Shown: in pieces, positions 62,593 through 64,000 of the stretch
How the letters are laid out: the number at the start of each line of letters is the position of its first letter
How positions within the stretch are numbered: the first letter of the stretch is position 1
Origin: an uncultured bacterium
GTDB lineage: Bacteria > Zixibacteria > MSB-5A5 > CAIYYT01
Direction of reading: 5' to 3'
Assembly (NCBI GenBank): GCA_963726455.1
Contig: CAVSCK010000003.1
Span: 384,001 to 448,000, forward strand
DNA length: 64,000 bases
Translations under genes and position numbers: made by a program
Notes under the pieces: model-generated
Seen by the model: the letters and a program-made list of their open reading frames with translations, nothing else
The model's database searches: none
What the model was told of the DNA's origin: nothing

Positions 62593-64000
62593 ATGGATTC
62601 TATAGACTACGAACATCGGCCGCCGCGAATTAGAGAGGAGTGTCTAGGTCTCGTACCGCCCGACAATTGGCAAGTGATACTCAGCGCTGATGGCTGCCAC
62701 GTAGCATTAGTCGTCCGACATCGGAACAAGTGGATGGTATCGGTTGACGGCAAGCAAGGGCCAGAGTTTGATATGATTGGTAAAGGCTCAATTAGATTTA
62801 GTGCTGACGGGATGCATGTGGTATACGTAGCTGCGAGAAACGATAAGTGGACGGTCGTCGTCGATGGCCAGTCTGGCCCAGAGTACGACGCTATTCTCAA
62901 GGACTTTCTTATGTTCAGCCCTGTAGGATATCGACTCGCGTACGGAGCAAGAAGGAGCGAGAGGTCGATAGTAGTATTGGATGGCAGGCCAGACTGTGAG
63001 TATGACGGCATAATGGAGGGTTCGCTAAAATTCAGTTCTGACGGTAAGCATGTAGCATATGCTGCTAAGAAATGTCACAAGTGGATGGTGGTGTTGGACG
63101 GGCAGCCGGGACCAGAACATGACGGGATAGGAGAGGGCTCAATTGGATTTAGTGCTGACGGGATGCATATGGTATACGTAGCTGCGAGAAACGATAAGTG
63201 GACGGTCGTCGTCGATGGCCAGTCTGGCCCAGAGTACGACACGATCTTCAAGGACTCAATGATATTCAGTCCTGTAGGACATCGTTTGGCGTATGGTGCA
63301 AAGAGGGGCGAGAGGTCGATAGTTGTATTGGATGGCAGGCCAGACTGTGAATATGACGGCATAATGGAGGGTTCACTAAAATTCAGCTCTGACGGTAAGC
63401 GTGTAGCATATGCTGCCAAGAAGGGCCAAAAGTGGATGGTGGTGTTGGACGGGCAGCAGGGAATAGAGTATGAGGGGATTGGCAAGGGCTACCCGATAAT
63501 CAGTCCTGGCGGTAAGCACGTTGCTTACAGCGCCCACGAGTATGCTAAGCAGATAATGGTAGTGGACGGTCAGCCGGGGCCCAAATATGACGCCGTCCTT
63601 GGGCTCAGCTTCAGTCCTAACGGTGAGCGAGTATCTTACTCCGCAGCGAAGGAAGGAAAGACGGTAGTTGTGACGGACGGTCTGGCTGGGCCGGAGTATG
63701 ACATGATAATAGGTTCCCCAACATTCAGTTCTGACTCCAAGCGGGTTGCATACATTGCAGGGAAGGATTGGAAAATGGTTCTGGTGGTAGATGGTGTTCC
63801 TGGTCCGGAGTATACAGCGATTTGCCCGGGTACACATATGTTCAGTCCCGACGGACAGCACGTGGCGTTCGTTGCGTGGAAGGGTGAAAAGAAGATCGTA
63901 GTAATGGACAACCTGTCAGGCCCGGAATATGACGCTGTGGGAAAAGGCGGCCCGACTTTTCACTCCGACGGAACGCTAGAATTCTCGGCCGTCAAGTATA
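62593..64000 (+). CDS. WD40/TolB-like beta-propeller repeat protein, runs off the window end
   Basis: Hand translation on the + strand: repeats of about 39 aa, FS.DG.HVAY.A....KW.VV.DG..GPEYD.I; GAGGGG RBS. The minus-strand ORFs in the track are shadows of this gene. Confidence 0.85.
   Translation, partial: MDSIDYEHRPPRIREECLGLVPPDNWQVILSADGCHVALVVRHRNKWMVSVDGKQGPEFDMIGKGSIRFSADGMHVVYVAARNDKWTVVVDGQSGPEYDAILKDFLMFSPVGYRLAYGARRSERSIVVLDGRPDCEYDGIMEGSLKFSSDGKHVAYAAKKCHKWMVVLDGQPGPEHDGIGEGSIGFSADGMHMVYVAARNDKWTVVVDGQSGPEYDTIFKDSMIFSPVGHRLAYGAKRGERSIVVLDGRPDCEYDGIMEGSLKFSSDGKRVAYAAKKGQKWMVVLDGQQGIEYEGIGKGYPIISPGGKHVAYSAHEYAKQIMVVDGQPGPKYDAVLGLSFSPNGERVSYSAAKEGKTVVVTDGLAGPEYDMIIGSPTFSSDSKRVAYIAGKDWKMVLVVDGVPGPEYTAICPGTHMFSPDGQHVAFVAWKGEKKIVVMDNLSGPEYDAVGKGGPTFHSDGTLEFSAVKY
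62785..63460 (+). repeat. 351-bp intragenic tandem duplication
   Basis: ACGATAAGTGGACGGTCGTCGTCGATGGCCAGTCTGGCCCAGAGTACGAC occurs at 62840 and 63191, and the flanks stay highly similar. Confidence 0.9.

Noticed and set aside
62785-63460. Possible DGR template/variable repeat pair or CRISPR array
   Set aside because: The copies are in-frame and tandem within one CDS, differences are not confined to adenines, no reverse transcriptase is seen, and there is no repeat-spacer structure.
62607-63911. Minus-strand repetitive ORFs in the ORF track
   Set aside because: They are antisense shadows of the plus-strand propeller gene, which the track omitted because it has no stop in the window.

Overview
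Bacterial chromosomal window from a diderm organism. The gene content and style suggest an FCB-group or candidate-phylum lineage such as Zixibacteria (inference only). Housekeeping genes: valS, mazG, HU, rpsT, murJ, the full atp operon and typA. Signalling genes: an 11-PAS hybrid kinase, a sensor kinase/sigma54-activator pair and an ArsR regulator. A surface-modification neighbourhood contains a carbamoyltransferase, SxtJ-like and DUF5989/SxtK-like proteins, an SGNH hydrolase and two paralogous polytopic TPR membrane proteins. The most striking region is 35.9-47.3 kb, directly after comEC: one tightly packed operon encoding a DUF4388 protein, a small membrane protein, four different Roadblock/LC7 proteins (TPR-fused, membrane-fused, stand-alone, and a Myxococcus-type MglB), an MglA GTPase with a long tail ending in a polybasic/aromatic segment, and pilB-pilT-pilC-pilS. 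A sigma28-like promoter precedes this operon and also the 11-PAS kinase. Many genes, including essential ones, carry single-base frameshifts that look like assembly errors. Several CDSs missing from the ORF track were read by hand: a DUF4139 protein, DUF5989, a 16-aa Cys-Cys peptide, a half-FKBP and a terminal beta-propeller repeat protein. No rRNA, tRNA, CRISPR array or transposase was seen.
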